A stretch of DNA of 64,000 nt from Mytilus edulis (GCF_963676685.1 NC_092349.1:59706001-59770000), one strand, 5' to 3'; counted from the first letter of the stretch, positions 25,017 to 38,162 are shown. Numbers and translations: made by a program. Notes: generated by a model from the letters alone, not told the origin.

Positions 25017-26898
25017 GACTCTGAGTTTTTACTAAGTCAATATGCAGATGACTCCTCTCTGATTCTGGATGAAAATGAGGAATCTCTTAAACAAGCATTG
25101 CACATTTTTGATAGTTTTGCTGCCTGTGCTGGTTTGAGGGTAAATGTATATAAAACTGAAGCCATATGGGTTGGCTCAAGATTAGGCAGTAACGAAAAAC
25201 TGTTACCAAATAGGAATTTATCTTGGAATACTTCAGGAAAGTTTAAACTGTTGGGAATTCGTTTCAATCTCTTAAATGAGGATAAAACTTTAGAAAACTA
25301 TACAGAAAAAATTAAAAGCATGAAAAGCCTTCTCAATTTATGGTCATACAGAAACTTGACATATATTGGCAAAACCATTGTTATAAAAACTTTGGCTCTC
25401 CCACTTTTGGTACAGGTTCTGACAGTCCTTCCAAATCCACCAGTTCAGGTTATACAAGAAATACAAGGAATTTTCATTAAATTTTTATGGGATGGAAAAC
25501 CAGACAAAATAAAAAGGAAAGTTATTATTAATAATTATGATGAGGGAGGTTTAAAGTTCCCACATATAGAAAGTTTTTGTATGTCCCTTAAAATGTCATG
25601 GCTTTATAAATTGCTAGATCCTTTGAATATTTCTCCCTGGAAAATTCTATTATTGAGTTATATAGAAAAATATGGGGGGGATAAAATATTGTACCTGACA
25701 AAAGAGGGTCTTGAAAAAGTTGCAAAAAAGTTAAATCCTTTTTGGAGGGACATTTTTCTAAATCTGGCTAAATTGAAGCCAGAAAAGGTGAAAGATGAAA
25801 ACAATCCCATTAATATCCTGAGTCAACCCATTTGGCTGAATATTAATATTAAAAGATGTGGAAAGCCTTTTATTTTTGAAAATTATTGTAACGATGGTAT
25901 ATTTTTTATAAATGATTTAATCTCAGATGGGAAAAACATATTGACATTTGAGCAGCTTAAAACTCAGTATGCAGTTAAAACCAATTTTGTTGAATATTAT
26001 GGTCTTGTTAGTGCAATCCCAGATATCTGGAAGAAAACAATTTCAGATCATGGTAGATTAGATATTATTGAAAATGATATTGTAGAAAAACTCAAAAATG
26101 ATAAAAAACCATGTAAATATTTTTATCAATTATTTCTAGAAAAAATTAAAGAAAATCCTTTAAGATCACAAAATAAATGGTCTGATGCTTTATGTGTTAA
26201 GATTGATGATTGGGGCAAAATCTATTCGATGGCATTTCAAGCAACAAAAAACACTAAACGTCAAAATTTTCAATTCAAGTTATTACATAGAATTGTATAC
26301 ACAAACTCTTTTCTTTATAAATGTGGTTTAATAGAAACAGAACTGTGCACTTTTTGCACTGAAACCAAAGAAAGCTTATTGCATATTTTTTGGGAATGTA
26401 TATATAGCAAAAATATTTGGATAGCACTTCAAGATTTATTATTAAAATGTGGATTTAGCCTTAAACATATAGAGGCAAAAGATGTTATTTTTGGTATTGG
26501 GGAAATTTTTGACCCATATAATGTAGTACAACATATAATGTTGATTTTAAAATTTTATATTTATAGCTGTAAAAACTCAGGAGAAAAACCTTCTGTGAAA
26601 GGTAGTATTGCATATTTAAAATACTGTATAAGAATAGAACAACATACAGTAAATTTCTTATCTCCTACACAAAAAGAATATATAGATAAAAAATGGTTGC
26701 CATTACAATCTGTCCTAGGTGATTTAAATATTTTATAACTGGTATGAAAATTATAGTTATATTTTGTTGTATGTCTTGCTATTTAGAGTTGTCATATAAT
26801 AATAATATCTTTAAGACCATACTTGAAACTGTACATGTGTGTAATCCTGCTTGATTGTTTTCTGTCTTTATGTCAAAAATAAACAAATTACAAAAAAA
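25017..26898 (+). mobile_element. 5'-truncated Tx1/L1-clade LINE with an uninterrupted RT-thumb/zf-RVT frame
   Basis: SQYADD, FKLLG, GGLKFP and CTFC...E..LHIFWEC motifs; stop at 26738; AATAAA at 26878-26883; A-tail; 16-bp TSD aagttacaaatattac at 25001-25016 and 26899-26914. Confidence 0.93.
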
Positions 26899-28134
26899 AA
26901 GTTACAAATATTACAAAACATGTATTATAAATGATCAGAAGTTATAACTGGTGTAAAAAGATTATTTAAGAGGTTAATAATAATTTTGTAAATATTCTAA
27001 CATTAATTGTTTTCTTTCTTTATGAAGGCTACAATTACAAAAACCTAATACAGATTTGTTCAGTGCCGTGAAAAATTAAATAGTTCGTATGCAGAAACTG
27101 TTTAAATGCATATTGATCTTAGGTGCTCCGTAAGGGTAAGTAGATACTGCTCCATTAGTGGTACGTGTCGTGTTGCTCTCGCAAGTGTAAACGAGATGAT
27201 AAGTACACACCGCAAAGGTCTAAGCTTCGGTAGGTAAAGTTTGTAGGAAAGAAGACGAGATTGTTTACACATCCATGTCAATATAAAGGAATTTGATGCG
27301 ACTGTCATACAAGTGAGAGAGTTAGCTACCTATAAACATGATAAAACCAGGTTCAATTCCCCATTTTCTACACAATAAAATGCCTGTACCAAGGCAGGAA
27401 TATGACAGATATTCATTATTTTTGTGATTTTAATTTTTGCAATAAGTATGTGATTCAGGAATCAATGCATGCGTTCAACTTCAAAATTAAGGTATAGCTT
27501 TACACAAATGCGTTTTATGTTTGTAGTGAAAAAGCTAAGAAACACACCTCAAGAATCATTTGCCCTGTTTTACTTTAAACTCTTGTTGTCCTTTGGTATG
27601 TACAACAATACAAACCTTATAAACAACCTCTTGTTTCAGACAGCATAATCTGGTCTTTCTATAATTATCTTAATGACAGACCTTTGTTTCTCTCTTCCTT
27701 TTTTTTTTTTTTGGTTCACTTAAATTTGAAAATAAGTTCTAAGAGTGCCTTCTTTTATTTTCTGGAAAAGCATGAATATGGATAAACGCGCGTATCTGTC
27801 ATAAATTTAGGCTGCATTTGTTTGGCCTCCTATTTTATTCGACATTTGTTATCGTTCAAGAATAAGTGATCTGATGTATTCACTAAGTGTTAACCCTTTG
27901 AAAGACATATATGTTAATATGTGATATGGACGAGTGTCACTAATTGAAACCTCTAGTTATCCGTCTGTCTTTTTCGTGATTTTTTTCTTTTTTTACCTAA
28001 ACATGCTAAATGTGTAGTAATCTGCAAAAAAGGTTATTTAGAAATTTATTGATTCTTTCTTGTTTCATAGGAAAAAACGTGTACACAATATTTTTTTTTT
28101 TCAAAATAGTTTAAACCGTTTCGGTCCATTTTTA

Positions 28135-31100
28135 TTATGTTGATGAGTACCATGGTAATTTTAATATATCTATATTTCCACCACATAATATAACTCCGAT
28201 TTTCTTTATACCAGGATCCATCTGTTTTAACTTCTCTGACATGGCAGCAGCCACTGTAGCTCCAGCAGCGGCTTCTATTACCATCTTAAATAAAAATAAA
28301 TATTTCACTAAGTTTTGGTTTTAATATTTTACTTTTAAGATTCAGTTGTCATCTCACTTTTATGGAATAACACCAATTAATATTATCCCGATTGAAAAAT
28401 GCAGCAAATTCAAGCATTAATAATAAAAAAATCTTGTGATTCGATAAAGTGTCAGACATTTCAAGTCAAAATCTTATCCTTGTTCGTACTGAAAATGAAC
28501 ATATCTTTACATTTGTAATTGCATTTAAATTGAAATTTTGTATTGGCGCCTGAGGCGCGATTCGTCACCAAAAGACGCATCAGTGACGCTCGAATACAAT
28601 AAAATGTAAAAAGGCCAAATTAAATGCAAAGTTGAAGAATACTGACAACCAAACATTCCTAAACGTGTTGACAAATACAGCTAAGGTTATTCATTCCTGA
28701 GATAGAAAAGCCTTAGTATTTCAAAAATTCAAAATTTTGTAAACAGTTATCTTACGATTATTACCATATCAAAGATAATACATGTCAACACAGAAATTTC
28801 GACTACTGGGCTGGTGTTACCCTCGGAGAAAAAAAATCAACCAGCAGTGTCATCGACCCAGTGGTTGTAAATAAAATCATCATAGATACCTAGATTGAAA
28901 TTTTGTAAATGTCAACCTTTTGTACCTTATTTGCTTTTTCTTATTATACAACGGGAACTTGCAATAACTGTTATACAGTGATCCAAAGTCATCAAGCTTT
29001 CATTTGAAATCAATAGTATCAAAATGTTTTATGTGTGTACAAAATAATAGTTATGCAAACTAGTTTGTGTAAAGTAGTATAAGTTCTTTCTAACAACCTC
29101 GAACAAGTGATTCTACATCTATAGATATTTTTTTAAAACATCAACTTTTATCAAGCATTCTTAAATACAAGGACAATTTTAAATAATTGACACATTTAAA
29201 AGTATGTTTTTTCAAGAGTTGCATGATTAGTGTCAATAATCAGGTTTAGTACTTATAAACTCATGACATTCAAACTCATTAGTCGAAAATAAACTGAGAA
29301 CGCAATTGCTAAAAAAAAAAGACAAACAAACAACAATACACTAATCACAACTATGAAAACATAAGACTGAGCATCATGAACTCAACCAAACACTGGGGGT
29401 GATTTCATATGCCCCCGAAGAGTGGAAAATCCTTTCCCTAAGATAGGATACTTGTATTTACTTTGTAATTCTTTTATTTTTAACAAAGCAGGACCGACTC
29501 TTCACCACAGACATTTCTTTTTTTTCTTTTCGAGTATATTTACGCGTGTCTTACTTATTTTAATTTTATTTTAATGTTATATTTAACATTGCCATAAAAG
29601 CGGGAGGTTTGGCACGCCACAAAACCAGGTTCAACCCACATTTTTTTTTATTGAAATATCCTGTACCAAGTCAGGAAAATGGTCATTGTTATATTATAGT
29701 TCGTTTCTGTGTGTGTTACATTTTAATGTTGTGTTTCTGTTGTGTCGTAGTTCTCTTAAATTTGATGTGTTTCCTTCAGTTTTAGTTTGTAACCCGGATT
29801 TGTTTTTTTTCTCAATCGATTTATCAATTTCGAACAGCGGTATACTACTGCTGTCTTTATTAATTGTTTCAAATGTGACAGAGTAAGTAATCACAGGAGC
29901 GTTGAATATGTAACTTTACCTTCATATACCGGAAAGAGAACACCATTCCATTTATAATATCTTCATTTCCCTAAAGGAAATAATCTTTCTAATTAGATAA
30001 ACAAGTCAATGTCAATGCAATACAATATGTATATAACTACCCTTGTATTATATCGCTTACGTGAATATTCAGTTGAAAAGAAGTGAAGCCAAAGTGCAGT
30101 GAAGGCTAATACATTGGTTCTAAATGGCTGTCGTTTATTGGGAATTGAGGATATACAGATTGAGCTTACTATCACACCGATTTTTGCACGCATTATATTT
30201 CATTGTACTGATTTGTATGCTATATTAGGCTAATAACATTACACAGACACCAGATTACTTTTGAAGTTTTATGTCATATTGATGTCGACTGTATGTTGTG
30301 TTGATGGTTTATGTATCCTTGACCTCTCGTCAACTTTCAAACCATATTATCTTTAAATGCAGTAATACATTTGTACTTTTACTGTATGTATGATTAAGGA
30401 ATGTATCTGTTAATTTTAAAGTTTCTTTAATATATATTGCAACTTTTTTGACAAATAAATAAACTCTTTTCAATAAAATTCCATAATTTTCAATTCTACT
30501 CTTTTCTTGCCATTATGAATTTGGCAAAGAACTTAAACCAATATTGGGGCATGCAGAAATATAAAACGTAAACTATTTTATCATTGTTGTAAACAGTAAA
30601 AAATGGAAAACAACACGTTTAATAATTTATTGCGTCCGAAGCGCATTTCTGAATTCACCTTCATCAAGAACGCTCAAAGCCAAACATTTGAAATCCTAAG
30701 ATGTAAAAGTACCGACAATCGTTGAAGAGCTATATGTCAAAAATACCGAAAAAAGATACCCAAATTCATCTAAAGCCAACTTTGCCGGAGGGAGTTGAAA
30801 CCTTAGTTTCATAATAATTTCAAAATTTATAAACGGACAATTTTAGTAAAGTTTGTTAAATCATGTCAGTACCGAAGCACTGACTACTGAACTGATGATA
30901 CCCTCGGGGACTGATACCCCACCAGCAGAGGTTTCGAACCAGTGATGTAAAAAATGGAAAACAACGTTAACACGTCTGATAATGTATTGCGTCCGAAGCG
31001 CTTTTTGGGATTCAGCTTCATCAGGAACGCTCAAAGCCAAACATTTGAAATCCAAAGATGTATAAGTACCGACAATCGTTGAAGAGCTATATGTCAAAAA

Positions 31101-34100
31101 TACCGAAAATAAATACCCAAATTCACCTAAATCCAACTTTGCAAGAGTGAGTTGAAACCTTTGTTTCATAATAATTTTAAAATTTATAAACGGACAATTT
31201 TGGTAAAGTTTGTTAAATCATGTCAGTACCGAAGCACTGACTACTGAGCTGATGATACCCTCGCGGACTGATATTCCACCAGCAAAGGTATCGACCCAGT
31301 CATGTAAAAAATGAAAACAACAGGTTTGATAATGTATTGCGTCTGAAGCGCCTTTCTGGATTCAGCTTCATCAGGAACGCTCAAGCCAAACATTTGAAAT
31401 CCAAAGATGTATAAGTACCGAAAGTCGTTGAAGAGCAATATGTCAAAAATACCGAAAATAAATACCCAAATTCACCTAAAGCCAACTTTGCCAGAGTGAG
31501 TTGAAACCTTTGTTTTATAATAATTTCAAAATTTGTAAACGAACAATTTTGGTAAAGTTTGTTAAATCATGTCAGTACCGAAGCACTGACTACTGAGCTG
31601 ATGATACCCTCGCGGACTGATAGTCCACCAGCAGAGGTATCGACCCATTCATGTACAAAATGGAAAACAACACGTTTAATAATTTATTGCGTCCGAAACG
31701 CTTTTCTGGATTCTCCTTCATCAGGAACGCTCAAAGCCAAACATTTGAAATCCGAAGATGTATAAGTACCGAAAATCGTTGAAGAGCTATATATCAAAAA
31801 TACCGAAAATAAATACCCAAATTCATATTTTTTTGGATTACTTATACATTTTTTAACCTTGATTTTATATCAATATCAGTGTCATTACAGTTTTGTCTTA
31901 CCTTTTATTTTAGAATATGAATTTAATTATATATTAATGGGATGTTATGAATTTTGTATGATATATTCAGTTAAAAACTCTACATTTTACCAATAATTGT
32001 TTTTGTGTGATCTTTTTTTAAATTGATAAATATCACCTAGTCCAATTTCAAAACTTGTTAAATACTTTTCAAAATGCAAAGTTTAAAGAGTATCTGTTTT
32101 AAAAACTAGGCATTAATGTTTTTCCTAGAGAGCCTGTAGGAGGGGAGGGTAGTCTAATTAAGAGCGTTATTCAATAGACAAATGTATCAATGACTTCTTT
32201 TGTTACATTGAACAGTTGAACTTATTAAACTGCCAAATTTCAATCGGACGTTGCTATGCATATATACATGCAAATCACGTACAATCAATCCGATCCCTTC
32301 ATTAAGCTTACCTTTAACTGATGGATGTAATAAGTGCAGATAATTATATTTCTATATCCCCGATTAACATCGACAGTTTTTTTAAGTGTGTCATTCTTTT
32401 TTTTTAAGCTTTTAATAGCAAAACTTACAACAGTGAAAACCTCCTTTTCTACTAATCTACAGATGATTGGGAAGGTGAGATTGCCTAATTGTTGACTCAT
32501 TAGTCCTTCTGCAATAGTATCTATAAACTTTGGGGGGTTGGGCCACAATCTCTTGCCTACAACAAAAGCATAACATGCATGTACAAAAAACCTACAAAAA
32601 ATTCAGTTAACATGTAATTTTAAATATACATGTACATCTTAAATATAAGAAGAGGTGATATAATAAAAAAATGAGACAGCCATCTACAAGAGATCAAATG
32701 ACATATAAACAATTGTAGATCACCGAAGAGTGATAACAATAAACAAAATGGTTTTCCTTTAACTCGTGTTTGCGCTAAAAAAAAATTGCTAATAGACAAA
32801 TGATAACTATCCATAGTATGAAGAAGAAAACAGGACACACATGTTATTTGTGTATTTTTGTATCAAGTTACATGTTAGGTGCTGCCAAATTCTGTCCATC
32901 GTCTTCGGTTGTATTCCTAAGAAAGGGCCGGGGTCAGCAATTTCAAACATGAAATATAAACAATTGTGAATTTGAAGATAGTATAAACTTTTCTTGTTCT
33001 TGTTAAACATATTTTTTAAATAACTGTTATCACAATTATAATTAATGATAATCATTTTAATAGCTATTTATTGAAATAAAGGCGGATGATAACAATCACT
33101 ACCTAGGTAACTAAAAACTAAGCAAAACGAATATGTCCAAAAAAAGTGTGCGATGAAAGTTGATCCAGCAGATTACGCAGATAAATTGATAATATGTTGT
33201 CAGCTCATTCCTATAATATTGAATGGAAATATTTACCTGACCTTAAGCTCTCCTCGGCCATTTTACCTTTAGGTTCTACCATAAAAACTAAAACAGAAAT
33301 CATTTAATCTTATTGACAAAATATGGCTTGCCTCTCAAATGCAAAGATTGCTAACAACCAGAGTCTGCGTAGAAACGATATTTCATTGAAATTAGTAGTT
33401 GCAATTTACTGTTGTCCATAGATTTACGAGTTTTGAACAGCGGTATACTACTGTTGCCTTTATGTATCTATTTTCATTCTAGTATTTTACAGTGTTTCAC
33501 TGGCTTTTGAAACATAATGTAGGGTATGCATTCCAATTGAAAAGTAATTTCGTTTAAACGCAAATAGTAATGCTAAAACTCACTTTTTTCAAATAAGTTA
33601 TAAGGGACGACTTATTTAAGGTGTGAGTAAAGTTTGGAATACAGATTTCTGGGGATCTTCTACTCTTGTCAAAATAATTCAGATGTAACACATAAATGAA
33701 AATATAACAAATAGTATATATTACTTTTTATATTTTTGTTGGTAGCTTTAGCTGCAATGGCTATACCAGATATCATTCCGCCTCCACTAGCTGATACCAA
33801 TATCGCATCTAAATCTGGTACTTCCTGTAATAACTCCAATGCGATTGTTCCCTGAATGATTGACATTTACTAAATCAGTATTAATTAGTTATGAACATTT
33901 GAAAATGTGATCGTTTCAGTCAGAAATGTTTGTTTGAATGGTCCACCATAAAACAAAACAGTCTGTTCCTGCACATGAACACCGACTGATACGTGAACAA
34001 TTTATTGATGTAATGATTTACCTCTTAATATGTTTATGAATACACATGTGTATTCGTGTTCAATGTGAATAATTTAAAGTATCAGTGTTGTTTGCTTTCT

Positions 34101-37100
34101 GTGTTTTGGTTTATTAATCCTACCGAACGTAGCTGTAAATGTATATATCACACATAATCAAACAAATTTTTAGTAATGGTACCACTGTTGAAACAAAAGA
34201 AGACAATGTGTTGTACCTGAACCAACCCTTGTTGTGATGCTGTGATTATATAGTAATCTTTATATTCAAGGATAGACCTCACATTTCCAGAAAAAAACAA
34301 TAAATTCATTGTTCATTGGATGAAAAAAAACACGCATGAACGTACCTGTATATGTATACATAGGGCAATCGAAACCTATTGATAAAAGCTTTCTTGTGCT
34401 ACTGGTTGACTGTCTCATTGATGTAAACTCGTATGCTTTTTGACCTATATAATATACCTGTCCATGTATAACGTCATCATGATCTGAAGTATGGATTATT
34501 TCATATCCTTCCTTTGTTGCTATAGTTTCACAGGCTTCTAATCTAAATATAGGATTTAAAAAATAATACAATATTTTTTATAACCATGACCAGTTCTTAT
34601 GTAATTTCTGTGGATATCCACTATTTTCAATTTGTTATAAATCATTACACCAGGATTTTCGATATCACAACTTAGCCAATACATTTACTAAATTTGAACC
34701 TATAATAAAATTTACTAAAACTTACTAATACTTATACATGTTATACATGTTATAGGTTCAAGGACATCATTCTTTATATTTTTAGGTATATAACATTATC
34801 ATCTTTTATGAATATATTATATACAAGGCACACAAATGTCGTCATTCATCTCAAAATCTAACCAAAACCTCTACATAGACTCATGCATTAGGGATATAGT
34901 TAAGGTACTGTTGCCAAGTCACTTAAAATTCATCTTAAGTAATAGATATTGATTAACGGATGGTGTCTTTTGTATCGCAACTTAATACATGTATTCTAAT
35001 ACAATTTGTTGGAATGACACGGGTTCACTGTTCATCGTATAAATCAAAATGTCATGATACTAAACCACGAACGGGAGGAATTGATGATGATGACGAAGAC
35101 ATAATCTCTCGATCAGTTTTACATCGGCTGGGACGTCAGTTATGCTAGTAGTCCTTTTCGTCATTGTACTTTTGCTTAGTTTCCTCAGTTTCCAATTCTT
35201 ATAGTGACCTCTGTGTTTTTTATATTGGTTCATTTGTATGTTTTGGAGTGACGCAATTGAAATATGAATAAAGGATACGAAAGATAAAGATCTATCTACT
35301 CTTTCTTTAACTTATTTGAGTACATGATACCAAAGATAAAGATCGATCAACTTTTTCTTCCAGCAGTTAAAAAGGACTCTTTTACTTATCTTTAAGAATT
35401 AATACTTGATTTCAAGGTCCCAATTGTGAATTTCAATTTTTCTTCAGAAACATTTTTTTTATTGGCCGCACATACATATTCCCCATATATTTTTCAAAAA
35501 CAAACCTAGATATCGGATCATATTCACATTTTACTACTTCTGCTCCATAACCTTGTACTGCTGTGACTTTGAATTCAGATGTCGTTTTGGGAACAACTAC
35601 CGAACACTTTACCCCTGCCAAACGAGATGCCCATGCTGTAGCTAGACCATGATTGCCACTACTGTATGCTACCTTAAAAGATGTTTCCAATTCCATACTT
35701 CAAAATCAATTGATATGCCGACCACATCTAAAGCAAACTCTACGTATATTGTATATATACTGACTTTTTTCCGAATAAAAACCTAACACTCACTGGTATA
35801 AATTTCTTCGATCGGTGTGTTGATTCCGTTTTTGTTAAACGCTTCTATGCATTTGAAAATATTTATCATTCCGTTTTTTTATATGCTTTCATGCATTTGA
35901 AAATATTTATCATTCCGTTTTTGTTAAACGCTTTCATGCATTTTAAAATAATTATCATTCAGTTTTTTGTTAAACGCTCTCTCGCATTAAAAACACGACT
36001 GTTTTAGTTGACTTTTAAGTCTGTTGAACATTTATTCTGACATCACGTCATATGGAAAGAAGTTGAAATTATACGTGTTTTTATTACAAATAATCAGTTC
36101 TTTGTTTTCTGTGTTACGTATATATTATTGATTCTTCCATAAAGCCGTGTTTTTTTTATAATCTATACTATGGAAAACAATCATCAATACTCACAACTCC
36201 TTTTAGATTAGGATTACTCTTTTTGAGTTTCAATATCTGAAATGTAAGTTTTTATTAATTTCATATGATAAATTCGATGTATGTTTCACTATAATATTTT
36301 ATTTTGATTGGCTAACTGCACATAACGTGTTATACCTTAAACAATTGCATTACTCAATAAAACGTATCATTCATGATAACACGTGGTCCCACAATAAAGT
36401 GCACATTTGAATTAAATAAAACATTTATAGTATTCGTGTTCTCATCATCATAGCAAAGAAATGTAATTATAAGTATTGAATGCTTCTTTTTGTAACTTCA
36501 TAGGGTTGTAAAAGCGTTGACCGTGCGCACATTTTAGAATGGAGCGCTTCCGCGCTTCATATAAAATGTACTTCGGTCAACGCTTTTACACCCCAATAAA
36601 GTTACAAAAAAGGCATTCAATTCTTAAATGAACTAATCTGTTATAATCTGTGAACAGATATTCCATAACAGTCAACCAACTCGTGATTGCGTCCCTTAAA
36701 TTTACGACGGGATGCTTTCAACTTCACAATTTAGAACTCTTGGTTTAATAGCTTTCTTGGGAACATCAACCATCTATCAATGAAATCATGATAGTAAATA
36801 CAAGTCCGGGAATACCGTTTCAATTGGAAGATATATACTCTGTATGCAAGCGATGATGGAATGTTGCTACATACAAATGGAAGTTCACATTTGGGGAGCT
36901 GAAATCATCTTTTTTGTCGTAAAGTTTTGTTTTAAACCGAACCTCATTGTCTATCTCTAGATGTAAGTCAAGATATTATGTATATTTAACTGTATCGTTT
37001 GTATTCTTTATCTATAGTTTGATTGGATAGATGCGTTCAACATAATTACCAAATTTTGAATTATCTAGTGAAAAACATCATCTCTTTAGTGGAAAGTAAA

Positions 37101-38162
37101 GTTTAAGGATACTATTACCTTCTTTTTATTTTTCTTAAGAAGTCCCTGTATGAAATCAGCCTCATAAGAATAAAGGAAAAAGTCGACAAGAAGAGGGATA
37201 ATGTTAGCTTCCATTGGAATACCGATCATTTGTTCAAAAACACGTCCTCCAAGCGTAACAATGATGTTGTCAATCAAGAAATCAAGCATCTTGATAATGT
37301 CAGTTTCAGAGAATTTTCTGCTTGAATCGGAGTTGGCCATTCTGTTTTATAAAACAAAGTAATACCAACGCTTTGAATTGTCTTTTAGTTTGGAATTGGG
37401 AATACTTGTGTAAAGTGTAGAAAAGTTGTATGTTTTTTAATACTATTGCCAGATAAGAGAGGCTTAAAATGTATGTACTCTTAAAGATCTTTGGGATATA
37501 TTAGTTTCCACATCTGAATCACGCCAAGTATAGAATTTGCAGTTTCACAATAACTTTGATGCCCGGCTTTGATTACTGATTACATTGATGTTAATAATTT
37601 AGATAGAAGTTTCATGGAGAACTTGAAACACCAAGCAATATAACGTTGTTTGTGGGGAGACTTATGAAATGTAGGTATCCAATACAGCATAGAAACATCT
37701 AGTTCTTCATTTTTGGTTGACATTCCAAATGGATTATAGAACAGACTTATGATTATCCAGGATTTCCTCATTAGTAAGTGTCGTGGGGTATGTTTTGAGT
37801 TTCAAAGTGAATTGTCAAAACTTATTCATTTATCAAGCGGGTTAATGTAACGTGATTAACACATACACATAATGTTATTTTGGGGCTTTATCTTTACGAA
37901 TGTATATTTTCATGTGTTCTGTATGATGCATTTGCATTTGGATAGTGAATTGAATACAAGTTATCATGCATGAACTTACAGTATTTAATGCTCCTCTAGC
38001 TTTAAAAGATCCAGTTTTCTGCAAATTTTCACACTTAAAAAAGGCTTCTTTTCCAATGAGATTGTTAAAGGTTGTATTAGTGTAAACAGGTGTTTTATGA
38101 ACGAACGGCTTTATCCGTTCGTGTGCTTCATAAATAAAGTCGACAGTTTCCCTACTCGACAT
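28135..38162 (-). CDS. SRR: Serine/aspartate racemase family PLP enzyme (fold type II), 327 aa
   Basis: Exons (minus): 37980-38162, 36195-36236, 35506-35672, 34458-34542, 33725-33851, 33237-33287, 32429-32556, 29920-29970, 28135-28284; total 984 nt. Motifs KCENLQKTGSFKARG (PLP Lys), YSSGNHG (catalytic Ser retained), GQGTIALE, SGGGMISG, DTIAEG, ILCGGN. The symbol denotes the family; substrate (Ser vs Asp) is unresolved. Confidence 0.93.
28525..28908 (-). mobile_element. Solo retrozyme-like monomer (~365-bp period) with a degenerate hammerhead, in racemase intron 8
   Basis: Minus: gcgtca-CTGATGc-gtc ttttggt gac-GAAt-cgcgcc-TC-aggcgc (~28545-28590). ttgaaattttgta is repeated at both ends. Shares the ccctcgg...ccagcag...tcgacccag block with the 30600 array. 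Confidence 0.7.
29580..29862. repeat. Interspersed repeat (tgtaccaagtcaggaa core plus ...gaacagcggtatactactg tail)
   Basis: Core shared with copies at about 14600-14835, 19790-19945, 27290-27440 and 59790-60000; tail shared with 33430-33465, 38450-38620 and 10450-10480. Confidence 0.7.
30596..31826 (-). repeat. ~350-bp tandem array (about 3.5 units) with four hammerhead motifs; non-LTR retrozyme
   Basis: Hammerhead motifs at 30632-30673, 30989-31030, 31339-31380 and 31689-31730 (spacing 357/350/350). Minus consensus: gcgttc-CTGATGA-agg(t/a)gaatcca-GAAA-agcgct-TC-ggacgc. Confidence 0.85.
31689..31730 (-). ncRNA. Best-preserved minimal type I hammerhead of the array
   Basis: gcgttc CTGATGA a gga gaa tcc a GAAA agcgtt TC ggacgc: 6-bp stem I, 3-bp stem II with flanking A/A, near-palindromic stem III, UUC cleavage triplet. 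Confidence 0.7.
35823..35988. repeat. ~45-bp minisatellite (about 3.5 copies) in racemase intron 2
   Basis: Unit attccgtttttgttaaacgctttcatgcatttgaaaatatttatc. Confidence 0.85.
36470..36628. repeat. ~160-bp imperfect palindrome (fold-back element)
   Basis: Left arm ttgaatgc..tttttgtaact..gggttgtaaaagcgttgaccg...gagcgc, loop ttcc, right arm gcgctt...cggtcaacgcttttacacccc..agttacaaaaa.gcattcaa. Confidence 0.8.
36640..37890 (-). mobile_element. Degenerate Naiad RT fragment in racemase intron 1
   Basis: Broken ORFs FSETDIIKMLDFLIDNI..GGRVFEQMIGIPM and LYWIPTFHKSPHKQRYIA are homologous to the 923-aa ORF. Confidence 0.9.

Noticed and set aside
30596-31826. CRISPR array, or coding ORFs 30861-31169, 31241-31438 and 31559-31765
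   Set aside because: Whole 350-bp units repeat with no unique spacers, the context is eukaryotic, and the ORFs are incidental translations of the repeat.
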